From positions 30,558 through 94,557 of the forward strand of contig CANRLG010000001.1 in assembly GCA_947631415.1 (NCBI GenBank): a stretch of DNA of 64,000 nucleotides. Reading direction: 5' to 3'. Shown piece by piece: positions 1 through 8,978 of this stretch (positions are counted from its first letter, which is position 1; each line of letters starts with the position of its first letter). This stretch comes from an uncultured Clostridia bacterium (GTDB taxonomy: Bacteria > Bacillota > Clostridia > TANB77 > CAG-465). The notes under the pieces are model-generated. The model ran no database searches. It was not told the origin of the DNA and worked only from the letters and a program-made list of their open reading frames with translations. The position numbers were made by a program, and so were the translations under genes.

Positions 1-2100
1 AATAAAATCAAATATGGTATAGATAGATATATAATTAACGTTGCAAGTAACGGTAATCTTCACAATTCTGGTTCTGTATATAAAGATGGAAAAGAGATAA
101 AAGGTGAAGTTATAGGTAATGGGCGAGAAAATGTTATAGGTGGCGTTGGTAGTGAAATTAATACAAGTGTTGTAAAAAATATTTTAGGAGATGTTTCAAA
201 TTTAGATTTATCTCCATCTAATCAAGTAGAAAATTATAACACTAAAAAGAATCAAGAATTAATTACAGGAAATAATCTTGTTGCAAGTGATTTTACAGAA
301 TCTACTTATGCAGTTACGTTTACAGGATATAACGGTTTAAGAAGTGCAAAAGGAGCTTTGACATATAAAACTTATGATGTCATGTCAGGTTCATATACAG
401 GAGATGAAATAAATAAAGAATCAACTAATGAACATTTTATAAATTTATATACACCAATAAAATTAGAAACTCCAGAAGTTGTAATAACAAGTGAACAAGA
501 AATAAATCATTCAAATACTTCTTCATCTACTGTAATAATGGGAGATGATGCAACTTTTGAGATTAGAATTAGATGTGCTGATTCCAACTTCTTTGAAGGT
601 GTTGATGATCGTAGTAAAGCAAGATTTGTAGATAAATATTATCTTATTTTTGATTTCGATATTATACATAATGGTACGATATATAAAAAAGGTGATGCAA
701 TTAGGATGTCAAATACTTCCGAATTATTAGGAGGAGTTACATATTTTCACGGTCAAGTAGCTCCAGGAGAGAGTATTTCTAGAGATGCATCTACACATAA
801 AATAATTGTAATTGCTGCTGCTTCAAATGCTCCAGATGAACCTAAAGCAGAAGGAAGTACAACAATTCCAAAAATGCTTCAAGAAATAGCTGACCAAGAA
901 GCACAAATACAAGTAACTCATGAAAAAACTTCTGCAGAGAGAAAATATTTAAATGATTCTGGAGATAATGAAGTAAACTTTAGTAGCGATTTGGAACATG
1001 CAGAAAATCATACACCTTCTGAGTATACAGGTGGAATTACTATGTATTCAGATGGTTATTACTATGCAATGAAAACCGTTGAAGTAAGAAGTGTTTCAAG
1101 AATATATGACTTTAGAATAACAGATTGTTCTGACCTTGCATATAAGAGTGTATTTAGAAATTCAAATAATGAGCTTATAGGAAATAACTATTTTTCAGGT
1201 ACAAGAAGATTATTTGTATATGCAAATGGAAATAAGGAATATACTTCAATACTTACAAGAGATAAAGATGATTTATATATTTATGGAACATCATCAACTA
1301 AGACATTACCTCTTGGACCATATAAACATAGTACAGCAACGTATACTAAGGCACCAAAACTTGGATATAGAATATCTTACGATTTGAAAACATCAGGATA
1401 TTATTTAGCAGATGGAAATGATGTAACGGCAAGAAAGATTGCAATTAAACCATCATACTATTACATATCTAAAGATGGTACAACCTTAATTAAGGATATA
1501 GATTTATACTATAAAGACCAAAATGAAAAATATAAAAATTTTGAAGGAAGTAATTATACTATTTACTTTACTCCAAATGATGGATATAGACTAAAGAGCA
1601 ATAGTACAACCTCAGATACAAGTATGATGTCTAAACAGTCAGTTGCACTTAATATAGCAAGTTCATCAGGAGAGTTTTATCTAAACGATAGTATGATGAG
1701 TTCAGATGATTCAAACTATATTCAGTCATGGTATGGAGAATTTAAACTTCCTAATACTACAATAGCAGTAAGAAAAGGTGATAATGTAAATAACGCACTT
1801 ACAGATGGATATATTGGAGTTAAATTCGATATTACTTGTGCGGATTCAGTTTTAGATGAAACTATTTCATATAGTAGCGCAAATAAAAGCAATGGTTCTC
1901 AAATAAATTCAACTCAATGGGATTATGAGGGATATTTAGGATTTTCAAATCCAGGTCAACCTATAAATGAAAATACAAGCTTAAGATTACAACTTGAAAA
2001 AGGAATTTGGGTTATAGGTAATCAAGAAACTTATGATTTTGTAAAAGGAACTGTTGTATTATTTGATACAGATGAAAGAGCATCAAATGACATTCAATAG
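1..2100 (+). CDS. C-terminal >=699 aa of a large secreted/surface-type protein of unknown function (5' end outside window)
   Basis: Frame 1 is open from nt 1 (NKIKYGIDRYIINVASNG...) straight into the 358..2100 ORF, so TTG 358 is not the start. N/S/T/Y/G-rich and Cys-poor. A hairpin terminator follows. No motif I can name. Confidence 0.6.
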   Translation, partial: NKIKYGIDRYIINVASNGNLHNSGSVYKDGKEIKGEVIGNGRENVIGGVGSEINTSVVKNILGDVSNLDLSPSNQVENYNTKKNQELITGNNLVASDFTESTYAVTFTGYNGLRSAKGALTYKTYDVMSGSYTGDEINKESTNEHFINLYTPIKLETPEVVITSEQEINHSNTSSSTVIMGDDATFEIRIRCADSNFFEGVDDRSKARFVDKYYLIFDFDIIHNGTIYKKGDAIRMSNTSELLGGVTYFHGQVAPGESISRDASTHKIIVIAAASNAPDEPKAEGSTTIPKMLQEIADQEAQIQVTHEKTSAERKYLNDSGDNEVNFSSDLEHAENHTPSEYTGGITMYSDGYYYAMKTVEVRSVSRIYDFRITDCSDLAYKSVFRNSNNELIGNNYFSGTRRLFVYANGNKEYTSILTRDKDDLYIYGTSSTKTLPLGPYKHSTATYTKAPKLGYRISYDLKTSGYYLADGNDVTARKIAIKPSYYYISKDGTTLIKDIDLYYKDQNEKYKNFEGSNYTIYFTPNDGYRLKSNSTTSDTSMMSKQSVALNIASSSGEFYLNDSMMSSDDSNYIQSWYGEFKLPNTTIAVRKGDNVNNALTDGYIGVKFDITCADSVLDETISYSSANKSNGSQINSTQWDYEGYLGFSNPGQPINENTSLRLQLEKGIWVIGNQETYDFVKGTVVLFDTDERASNDIQ

Positions 2101-2110
2101 TAGTAAAAAA

Positions 2111-2140
2111 GGTGTACATGATAAATGTACATCTTTTGTT
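2111..2140 (+). terminator. intrinsic terminator
   Basis: GGTGTACAT-gataa-ATGTACATC hairpin followed by TTTTGTT. Confidence 0.65.
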
Positions 2141-2178
2141 CAATAATATTAAATAATATAACATTTTAACTACTTTTG

Positions 2179-2208
2179 TTGAAAAATTTTTTAGTTATTC
2201 TATATAAT
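2179..2208 (+). promoter_or_regulatory. sigma-A-type promoter for the 2237..4083 cassette
   Basis: TTGAAA (2179-2184), 18-nt spacer, TATAAT (2203-2208). Confidence 0.45.
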
Positions 2209-2236
2209 TATTATGTATGCAGAGTGAGGTAAATGT

Positions 2237-2473
2237 ATGAAAGATATTGAAGAGATAAAAAAAATTAGAGACCTATTTGAAAGAGGAGCTATAAAGCAAG
2301 AGGAATTAGATTTAGATGTTCAATTTGCAATAGCTGATTTATATAAATCAGAAATAGAAGCTATAAGAGATGATATATATAATACAAAAAAGGATATAGC
2401 TTTATATAATAAAATGATAAATAATGTAGATGAAATGCAAAAACTATTAGAAGGAATAAATAATCAGGAGTAA
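2237..2473 (+). CDS. hypothetical 78-aa acidic, helical/coiled-coil protein
   Basis: GTGAGGT SD 6 nt before the ATG. Heptad-like K/E/D/I/L composition, no hydrophobic segment. 4-nt gap to the next ORF. Confidence 0.5.
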   Translation: MKDIEEIKKIRDLFERGAIKQEELDLDVQFAIADLYKSEIEAIRDDIYNTKKDIALYNKMINNVDEMQKLLEGINNQE

Positions 2474-2477
2474 TTGT

Positions 2478-3146
2478 ATGGAAGATGTAATTGAAGAAGT
2501 ACCAGATTTGAGTGCAATGCAAAGGCTTAAGCAATCTTATATAGATTTACAAAAAAGTGTAAAGCATACATTGTCTTGTGCAAAATTGTTGTTAAAAGAA
2601 GGTGCTGAAAAATTAAAAACTACACGAGATAAAGTATTAGAAAAATTATCTTCAACGAAAACAAAATTTTTGACTGAAAAAACAAAAAAAATTTTACAAG
2701 TTTCGGTATTGTCTATAGTTGGAATAGGTATGCTATTTAATCCTAAAGATGATACTCAAATTCAACCATATAATTTAGATCCACAATATAATGTTTCACA
2801 GGTGCAAACTATGGATGAAAGTGTACTACAAAAAATGATGTATACCGCTATGGATAATTTTCAAGATTTAGAAGATGTTGTAAAAGCAATCGGTATGGCA
2901 ACTGGAAGTTTAAAATCAGAGGAAGAAGAAGAAATTGAAAAGAATAAGGATGTTCCATCTATATATGGAGAACATGGTGAGCCTCCAAAACAGGAGGATA
3001 TTGTTGTAATTGATGGTAGGGAATATTATGTTTTACATGGTGATAATAAAGAATATATGCTAGATAAAACACAAATGGATGAAGAATTAGAAAGAGAATT
3101 AAATGAAAAGAATAAAGAAGAAAATGTATCACAAAAAATAAAGTAA
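2478..3146 (+). CDS. hypothetical bitopic membrane protein (222 aa)
   Basis: AGGAG SD. K/E-rich N-terminus, one hydrophobic segment (ILQVSVLSIVGIGMLF), then an acidic C-terminal domain (EEEEEIEK...). Confidence 0.55.
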   Translation: MEDVIEEVPDLSAMQRLKQSYIDLQKSVKHTLSCAKLLLKEGAEKLKTTRDKVLEKLSSTKTKFLTEKTKKILQVSVLSIVGIGMLFNPKDDTQIQPYNLDPQYNVSQVQTMDESVLQKMMYTAMDNFQDLEDVVKAIGMATGSLKSEEEEEIEKNKDVPSIYGEHGEPPKQEDIVVIDGREYYVLHGDNKEYMLDKTQMDEELERELNEKNKEENVSQKIK

Positions 3147-3159
3147 TAGGTGAGAAAAT

Positions 3160-4083
3160 ATGAATGTACAAAGTATACCAAATTTGGTAGGTATGAAAGA
3201 ATTATTAGATTCATTTAATGAATTATTAAATAGAATTAAAGAAACAGCATTTAAAAAAGTCAATGTTTTAGATAATAAAAATAAAGGATTAAAGAAAGAG
3301 TATGATAAGTTTGAGGCTAACTTTACACAAGAAGAAATAGAGTTTAATAAAGAGGCAAATAAAAACTACATTAAAATGGGTGCAAAAAATATATTAAAAT
3401 CTACTGCAAAAGTAATAGGAATAACTACCCTTTTTCTATTGTTACTTACTAGTTCAGAAAGAGCTAAATATGAAGAAGCAAATTCAGTAACATTAAATGG
3501 TATTAGCATTGTGGAAAATTATGAACAAGAGGATAAACAATATGATAATTTAGAAGATAAAATTATAGAGTACCTTGATCAGAATGGTGTGGGAGTTAAT
3601 CCTGAAGAAAGAAAATTAGTTGATAGCAAAAATATTCAAGTTAATTATACTGAAACAACAAGTAGTTTTGAAAGTCTCAGAGAGGGAGTAGATTTTGAGG
3701 GGAGTATGAATGATACATTGGAGTCTTTAGGTGCAGTTAATCAGATTATAAAATGCTATTCACATAATAATGTAATTTATGAAAATAATGCAGAGATTGC
3801 AAGATGGTTAAAAAAGATGATGAAATGCATAGAGGTTAGAAAAAATTATAAAAAAGATATAATGTCTAGTGAAGAAAAGAAATTTTCAAGTAATGGAGAA
3901 GTTGACGATTTGGAAGATATGAAGGACTTAGATTTAAAAAGTAAATATGGAGAATATTATAAAATTCCAAATAAACTAGGTAGACCAAGTAAAAAAGATT
4001 TATTTTTAAAAATGGTAGATGAAATGGTAAAAGGAAATGAAAATAAAAGAGAGATTTCTGAAAATACAAATTTTGAAAGATAA
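3160..4083 (+). CDS. hypothetical bitopic membrane protein (307 aa)
   Basis: GGTGAG SD. Same layout as the preceding ORF, with hydrophobic segment VIGITTLFLLLLTS. Shares an S-x-YGE-[HY]-x3-P patch with it. Confidence 0.55.
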   Translation: MNVQSIPNLVGMKELLDSFNELLNRIKETAFKKVNVLDNKNKGLKKEYDKFEANFTQEEIEFNKEANKNYIKMGAKNILKSTAKVIGITTLFLLLLTSSERAKYEEANSVTLNGISIVENYEQEDKQYDNLEDKIIEYLDQNGVGVNPEERKLVDSKNIQVNYTETTSSFESLREGVDFEGSMNDTLESLGAVNQIIKCYSHNNVIYENNAEIARWLKKMMKCIEVRKNYKKDIMSSEEKKFSSNGEVDDLEDMKDLDLKSKYGEYYKIPNKLGRPSKKDLFLKMVDEMVKGNENKREISENTNFER

Positions 4084-4117
4084 CCTAAGATGAATTTCAT
4101 TTTAGGTTCTTTTTTTG
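4082..4117 (+). terminator. intrinsic terminator
   Basis: AACCTAA...TTAGGTT stem (inner ATGA/TCAT) followed by CTTTTTTT. Confidence 0.65.
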
Positions 4118-4183
4118 TCTAAAAAATAGAAATATATAATAATATTATTAGTCTGGAATAAATACATATTGGAGGGATATGTA

Positions 4184-5194
4184 TTGAAATCTAGACTATT
4201 TTTTTTGTACATAATTTCAGCTATTTTAGGAATTATAGTTGTTTGTTTAATCATATTTGGTAGAGAAGAAAAATTTGAAGAAATACAGCACGTAGAAAAA
4301 GTTAGTATAGAAGAACTTGCATCAAAAGATAAAATAGCACTCTATGACGTTCAAAATGGCAAAATAAGAGATGTTGACCTTAAATACTACTTGTATTGCG
4401 TTACTGCATCAGAAATTCCTTTTAAGTACGAAATTGAAGCAATAAAGGCACAAGTAATCGTAGCAAGGACATACTTATACAACAAAATAATAAATGATGG
4501 AGAAGAAAATGCAGATGTGTGTACAGATTATAAACATTGTCAAGCTTTTAATGAGCTAGATAAACTAGAACAGATATGGAAAGATAAAGGTTTTACAGAT
4601 GAGGAAATTGCAATAGGTGAAAGAAAGATTAAAGAGGCAGTTGAAGATACAGATGGAATTATTATTACATATCAAGGAAAAGTAATTAATGCATTGTTTC
4701 ATGCAAGTAGTCCAATTCGCACAGAAGATGCAAAGGCAATTTGGTCGAATGAAGATATTCCATATTTAAAGTCTGTAGAAAATGAAGAAGATTTAGATTA
4801 TGAAAGAAGAAATAGTAAAGTTAGCATAAGTTTTGAAGATTTTAAAAATGTATTAGTAAGTAATTCATATATAGAGTCTTTATCTAAAGAGGAATTTTCA
4901 AATATTCATATTAGTGAGTATACACAAAGTGAAAGAGTGAAAAGTATTGAAGTTGGAAATACTAAAATAAAGGCAGAAGATTTAAGGCAATTATTTGGAT
5001 TAAATTCTACATTATTTACTATGGAAATCTCAGATGACAGTATTGAATTTAATGTTTTAGGTTTTGGACATGGAGTTGGAATGAGTCAAGTGGGTGCAAA
5101 TCATTATGCAAAAGAAGGATATACATACGAACAAATAATACATCATTATTATACAGATGTAGATATTGAAAATGTGAAAAGAGGGGAAATATGA
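4184..5194 (+). CDS. spoIID: stage II sporulation protein D (SpoIID/LytB family lytic transglycosylase)
   Basis: Motifs VARTY, HASSPIRTEDAKAIWS and GFGHGVGMSQVGANHYA, plus an N-terminal TM. GGAGGG (4171-4176) lies 7 nt before TTG 4184, so I prefer that over the track's TTG 4169. Confidence 0.85.
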   Translation: MKSRLFFLYIISAILGIIVVCLIIFGREEKFEEIQHVEKVSIEELASKDKIALYDVQNGKIRDVDLKYYLYCVTASEIPFKYEIEAIKAQVIVARTYLYNKIINDGEENADVCTDYKHCQAFNELDKLEQIWKDKGFTDEEIAIGERKIKEAVEDTDGIIITYQGKVINALFHASSPIRTEDAKAIWSNEDIPYLKSVENEEDLDYERRNSKVSISFEDFKNVLVSNSYIESLSKEEFSNIHISEYTQSERVKSIEVGNTKIKAEDLRQLFGLNSTLFTMEISDDSIEFNVLGFGHGVGMSQVGANHYAKEGYTYEQIIHHYYTDVDIENVKRGEI

Positions 5195-5940
5195 AAATAA
5201 AGGTTAATGAGAAAATTAAAAATATTATAAACATACTTAGAGGAAAAGAAGAAAAGGAAACAGAGGTTATTAATTTTGAAAATAGGACAAGAAAAGGAGC
5301 TCAGGAGTGTGTATTAGAAGATGAGGAGGATAAAAAGGAGTATGAAAACAATAAAAATAAAATGAAAAAAATTTTTATTGGTATGAGTATGCTACTTGTA
5401 TTAACCATAATGGTAAATTTTAGGATAAAAGATTATATAAAAATAGCACAAATAATTCCTCCTGAAGAAGAAACTATAACTGTTTCTAGCTCTATAGATA
5501 ATCAAGAGGCACATATTCTAAAAGCAAAAGAAGAATTAATTTTTATTCCTGCTTTAGAGGGTGAAGTGCAGAAAATTTATTCTCAAGATAAAGTTATTTA
5601 TTCAAAGACTTTAAATCAATGGAAAACGCATGAGGGAATAGATATAGCACCAACAAAAAATAGTAATGTAATGGCTATTGAAAAAGGTGTTGTAGATAGT
5701 ATATATATGGATGATTTTTATGGAATGACTGTAAAAATTGAGCATATTGATGGATATATGAGTTCGTATTCAAATTTGGATGAAAATGTATGTGTTAATG
5801 TTGGTGAAAGTGTAATTAAAGGTCAAAAAATAGGTAAAGTTGGAAATACAGCTGTTGGAGAGGCTTTAGATAATCCTCATTTACATTTTGTATTGTATTT
5901 GAATAATAAAATTGTAAATCCTACATATATATTTAAATAG
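5191..5940 (+). CDS. spoIIQ: membrane-anchored LytM/M23 peptidase-domain protein, SpoIIQ-like
   Basis: TM segment IFIGMSMLLVLTIMVNF. M23 motifs HEGID (HxxxD) and HLH (HxH). ATGA overlap with the spoIID stop. It sits between spoIID and spoIIID, as spoIIQ does in Clostridia. Confidence 0.6.
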   Translation: MKIKVNEKIKNIINILRGKEEKETEVINFENRTRKGAQECVLEDEEDKKEYENNKNKMKKIFIGMSMLLVLTIMVNFRIKDYIKIAQIIPPEEETITVSSSIDNQEAHILKAKEELIFIPALEGEVQKIYSQDKVIYSKTLNQWKTHEGIDIAPTKNSNVMAIEKGVVDSIYMDDFYGMTVKIEHIDGYMSSYSNLDENVCVNVGESVIKGQKIGKVGNTAVGEALDNPHLHFVLYLNNKIVNPTYIFK

Positions 5941-5949
5941 GAGGTTGTT

Positions 5950-6201
5950 ATGGAAGATATAGAAAATAGGGCAAAATTATTTGCAAATTATATAATAGAA
6001 AATGGAGCAACAGTCAGAGCTACTGCAAAGCAATTTCAAATAAGTAAGTCCACAGTTCACAAAGATGTAGCCGAAAGACTTGCTAAATTTAATCCTTCTC
6101 TTGCAGATGAAGTGAAAAAGGTTTTAGAATTAAATAAATCAGAAAGACATATTAGAGGAGGAATGGCAACGAAATTAAAGTACAGTCACACTAGTTTGTA
6201 A
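5950..6201 (+). CDS. spoIIID: stage III sporulation protein D (HTH transcription regulator)
   Basis: 83 aa. ATVRATAKQFQISKSTVHKDV ... SERHIRGGMATKLKY matches SpoIIID. AGGAGG SD. Confidence 0.9.
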   Translation: MEDIENRAKLFANYIIENGATVRATAKQFQISKSTVHKDVAERLAKFNPSLADEVKKVLELNKSERHIRGGMATKLKYSHTSL

Positions 6202-6261
6202 TTAGGTGTTGCAAAACCACCTTAAATGTAATATAATTGTAACAGAAAGAGGGGGTATATA

Positions 6262-7281
6262 GTGATTTTTGGTGGACAAGATATAGGAATAGATTTAGGT
6301 ACAGCAACTATCCTTGTATATGTAAAAGGTAAGGGCATAGTTCTAAGAGAGCCATCCGTAGTTGCAATAGATAAAAATACAAACCAAGTACTTGCTGTTG
6401 GACAAGAAGCAAGAAAAATGCTAGGAAGAACTCCTGGTAATATTGTTGCGCTTAGACCACTAAAAGATGGTGTAATTTCAGACTACACTATTACTGAAAA
6501 AATGCTTAAGTATTTTATCACTAAAGTATGTGGTAAATTTGTATTTTCACCAAAAATTATGATTTGTGTTCCTTCAAGAGTTACAGAAGTTGAAAGAAAA
6601 GCAGTTATTGATGCTGCAACTCATGCAGGAGCTCGTAAAGTATACCTAATAGAAGAACCAATAGCAGCTGCAATAGGAGCAGGAATAGATATATCTAAAC
6701 CTTATGGCAGTATGATAGTAGATATAGGTGGTGGAACATCAGATATAGCTGTTATATCTCTTGGAGGAGCAGTAAGAAGTACTTCTATAAAAATGGCAGG
6801 AGATAAATTCGATGAAGCTATCATTAAGTACGTTAAAAGAAATAGGAATGTTATCATAGGAGAGAGAACAGCCGAAGATATAAAGATTAATATTGGATGT
6901 ATGTATCCAAAATCTGTTAGTGAAAGAATGATGGTAAAAGGCAGGGACATAACTTCTGGTCTTCCAGTTGAAATAGAAATTAGTTCAGATGAAGTATTTT
7001 ATGCATTACAAGAATGTGCAGAAAAAATACTTGAAGGAGTACATTCTGTTCTTGAAGAAACTCCACCAGAACTTGTTGCAGATATTTCTGAAAGAGGAAT
7101 ATACATTACTGGTGGTGGAGGTCTTGTTTGGGGATTAGATAAATTAATTTCAGAAAAAACAGGTATCCCAGTTATGATTGCAGAAGATGCACAATCTTGT
7201 GTTGCGATAGGAACAGGAAAAGCTTTAAACCATGTAGAATTATTTGAATCAGGAAATGCGATAAAGATAAAGAAATATTAA
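6262..7281 (+). CDS. mreB: rod-shape-determining actin homolog MreB/Mbl
   Basis: IGIDLGTA, DIGGGTSD and GIYITGGG actin-fold motifs. GTG start behind GAGGGGG. Confidence 0.9.
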   Translation: MIFGGQDIGIDLGTATILVYVKGKGIVLREPSVVAIDKNTNQVLAVGQEARKMLGRTPGNIVALRPLKDGVISDYTITEKMLKYFITKVCGKFVFSPKIMICVPSRVTEVERKAVIDAATHAGARKVYLIEEPIAAAIGAGIDISKPYGSMIVDIGGGTSDIAVISLGGAVRSTSIKMAGDKFDEAIIKYVKRNRNVIIGERTAEDIKINIGCMYPKSVSERMMVKGRDITSGLPVEIEISSDEVFYALQECAEKILEGVHSVLEETPPELVADISERGIYITGGGGLVWGLDKLISEKTGIPVMIAEDAQSCVAIGTGKALNHVELFESGNAIKIKKY

Positions 7282-7307
7282 GAGTCTATTATTTAGGCTC
7301 TTTTTTG
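7281..7307 (+). terminator. intrinsic terminator of mreB
   Basis: AGAGTCTA-ttatt-TAGGCTCT (one G-U pair) followed by a T-run. Confidence 0.6.
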
Positions 7308-7310
7308 TTG

Positions 7311-7340
7311 TAAAAGAAAAGCCCCCTTAAGTAGGGGACT
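7311..7340 (-). terminator. intrinsic terminator of the minus-strand gene 7346..7858
   Basis: CCCCT-taagt-AGGGG core. On the minus strand it is followed by TTTTCTTTTA. Confidence 0.55.
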
Positions 7341-7345
7341 TATCA

Positions 7346-7858
7346 CTAAAAAAGCTCAGGAAATGCGTTTCGAACTGCTTTAGATGCATTGTTATTAAAA
7401 AGAATATGCATCATAGCATCCAATCCATTATCTACAAAGATTTTCCTAGTCATGTTTTGAAGTATCATCTCATCAGTGTAATTCAGTTTTTCTCTAAAAA
7501 GCCATGCTGTTGCTTGTCTTGCTGTTTCCATTGTCCAGAAATTTCTAGGAGTACATGCTAACTCCCACTCTTTGAATTTTCCAGGATAGGCATTGTCTAA
7601 TGCAGCAAATACACTCTCGTTAAACAAGGTCCAAAGCATACCTTTCAGTTTATACTTAAAAAACAGTTTACAGCTAAGGTCTTTCTTTACTTGTTCATCA
7701 TTCCACTTCAAAATGTGCTCGATTAGATATCGAGTAATAGCAGCTGAAGCCATTAAGTTGTTTTCTTCATCATGCTTCCAAAAGTCACGCGGAAAGCGCT
7801 TTAAGCTTCCACTTAGCACATCGCAGTATATTTGAACTGCATATTCGTCAATGTTCAT
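7346..7858 (-). CDS. hypothetical 170-aa protein with an internal duplication, GC-richer than its surroundings
   Basis: Two copies of a module: PR[DN]FW ... about 60 aa ... FN[EN][SN]...A[LV].NA[YF]P. GGAGGG SD. My 120-nt samples give 32-41% GC against about 21% in the next gene. Confidence 0.6.
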   Translation of the reverse strand: MNIDEYAVQIYCDVLSGSLKRFPRDFWKHDEENNLMASAAITRYLIEHILKWNDEQVKKDLSCKLFFKYKLKGMLWTLFNESVFAALDNAYPGKFKEWELACTPRNFWTMETARQATAWLFREKLNYTDEMILQNMTRKIFVDNGLDAMMHILFNNNASKAVRNAFPELF

Positions 7859-7927
7859 AGTTATTTCCCTCCATTAACATTAAATATAGTTATATTTAAT
7901 ACGCCATGTTGTTTGTTTTTCGACATA

Positions 7928-7956
7928 ATTATAACATAAGGTTTGAATATAATCAA
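7928..7956 (-). promoter_or_regulatory. sigma-A-type promoter for 7346..7858
   Basis: On the minus strand: TTGATT, 17-nt spacer, TATAAT with an upstream TG. Confidence 0.45.
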
Positions 7957-7971
7957 TTAAAACTGTAGAAT

Positions 7972-8000
7972 TTGACATAATAAAAATATTGTAGTATAAT
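7972..8000 (+). promoter_or_regulatory. sigma-A-type promoter (divergent from the previous one)
   Basis: TTGACA (7972-7977), 17-nt spacer, TATAAT (7995-8000). Confidence 0.55.
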
Positions 8001-8060
8001 GACCAGACAAAATGAATTATTATCAACTAAGTTAAAAATATAATTTAGGAGGTATAAAGT

Positions 8061-8868
8061 ATGAGTGAGTTAAAGAAAAAAGATTTGAAGAAAGACATTT
8101 ACACAGGTGAACTTATACGTATTAATTATAGTAGCTATGGTAATCTTTCTAAGAGTATACAAGATACTCAAAAATTATTGACTCAGATACGGTTATACAA
8201 AAAGAACAGATAAAAGATATACAGTTAAACCATCATTTTTTGAAACATTAAAATTTGATGAAGAATTTACTAATCGAAAAAATGCTAATGAAAAAATAAA
8301 CTTGTTTAGTAATGAAAATCATACTGTTGTAGTAAGTAATGATGGTGCATTTATTTATACTAATGAAGAAAGTAAACACTTAAAACAGGTTAAACCTGCA
8401 TTGAAATTTATTAATAATCATATACTAAATGAAACCAATGTAAAATTTTATGGTGTATCTTATGAAACAACTACTATGGATTACATTAAAAAAATAGAAA
8501 ATGTTGAAAGATACGCAAAAGATTTGAGAATTGATAGGAAAATTGTTCAAAAGTATAATAGGGAAAGAACAAAATATGACTATAATAAAAAATATAGTGA
8601 ATTTGAACATTATTCATCTGAATTTCAATCAAATTATTATACAGAAGAAGGTTATTGTTCACGTAAGAGTGTACAATTTACAAACTCTGAATATTATGAT
8701 GACACAATAGGTACTCTTTCTACAATAATTCAAGTTCAAATGCTATATGGTGATTTGAATGGATTGTCTATACTAGATATTTATCCTACAATAGAAAAAT
8801 TGGAAGAAAAATCATTTAATATATTTAAAGACTGTTTTACAGAGGAATATTTAGAAACATTAATGTAA
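8061..8868 (+). pseudogene. hypothetical gene split by a 1-nt frameshift (50-aa ORF 8061..8213 plus ORF open from 8182 to 8868)
   Basis: AGGAGG SD before ATG 8061. Frame 1 is open from 8182 and overlaps the end of the first ORF. Removing one A from the A5 run at 8199-8203 fuses them (...LTQIRLYK/RTDKRYTVKPSFFETL...). TTG 8302 has no SD. Confidence 0.45.
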
Positions 8869-8879
8869 AAAGTATAAGG

Positions 8880-8907
8880 GATATGAGATTATCATATCTC
8901 TTTTTTT
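8880..8907 (+). terminator. intrinsic terminator
   Basis: GATATGA-gatta-TCATATC followed by TCTTTTTTT. Confidence 0.65.
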
Positions 8908-8921
8908 AACGCTCATTTTCA

Positions 8922-8950
8922 TTTACAAAATACAAAAATAATAGTATAAT
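8922..8950 (+). promoter_or_regulatory. sigma-A-type promoter of polC
   Basis: TTTACA, 17-nt spacer, TATAAT. Confidence 0.5.
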
Positions 8951-8978
8951 CTATAAAGAAAAACGAGGTGAAGAAATT

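Noticed and set aside
358-360. TTG at 358 as the start of the first ORF (as listed in the ORF track)
   Set aside because: The same frame is open all the way back to nt 1 and has no SD in front of 358. The CDS simply enters the window from the left.
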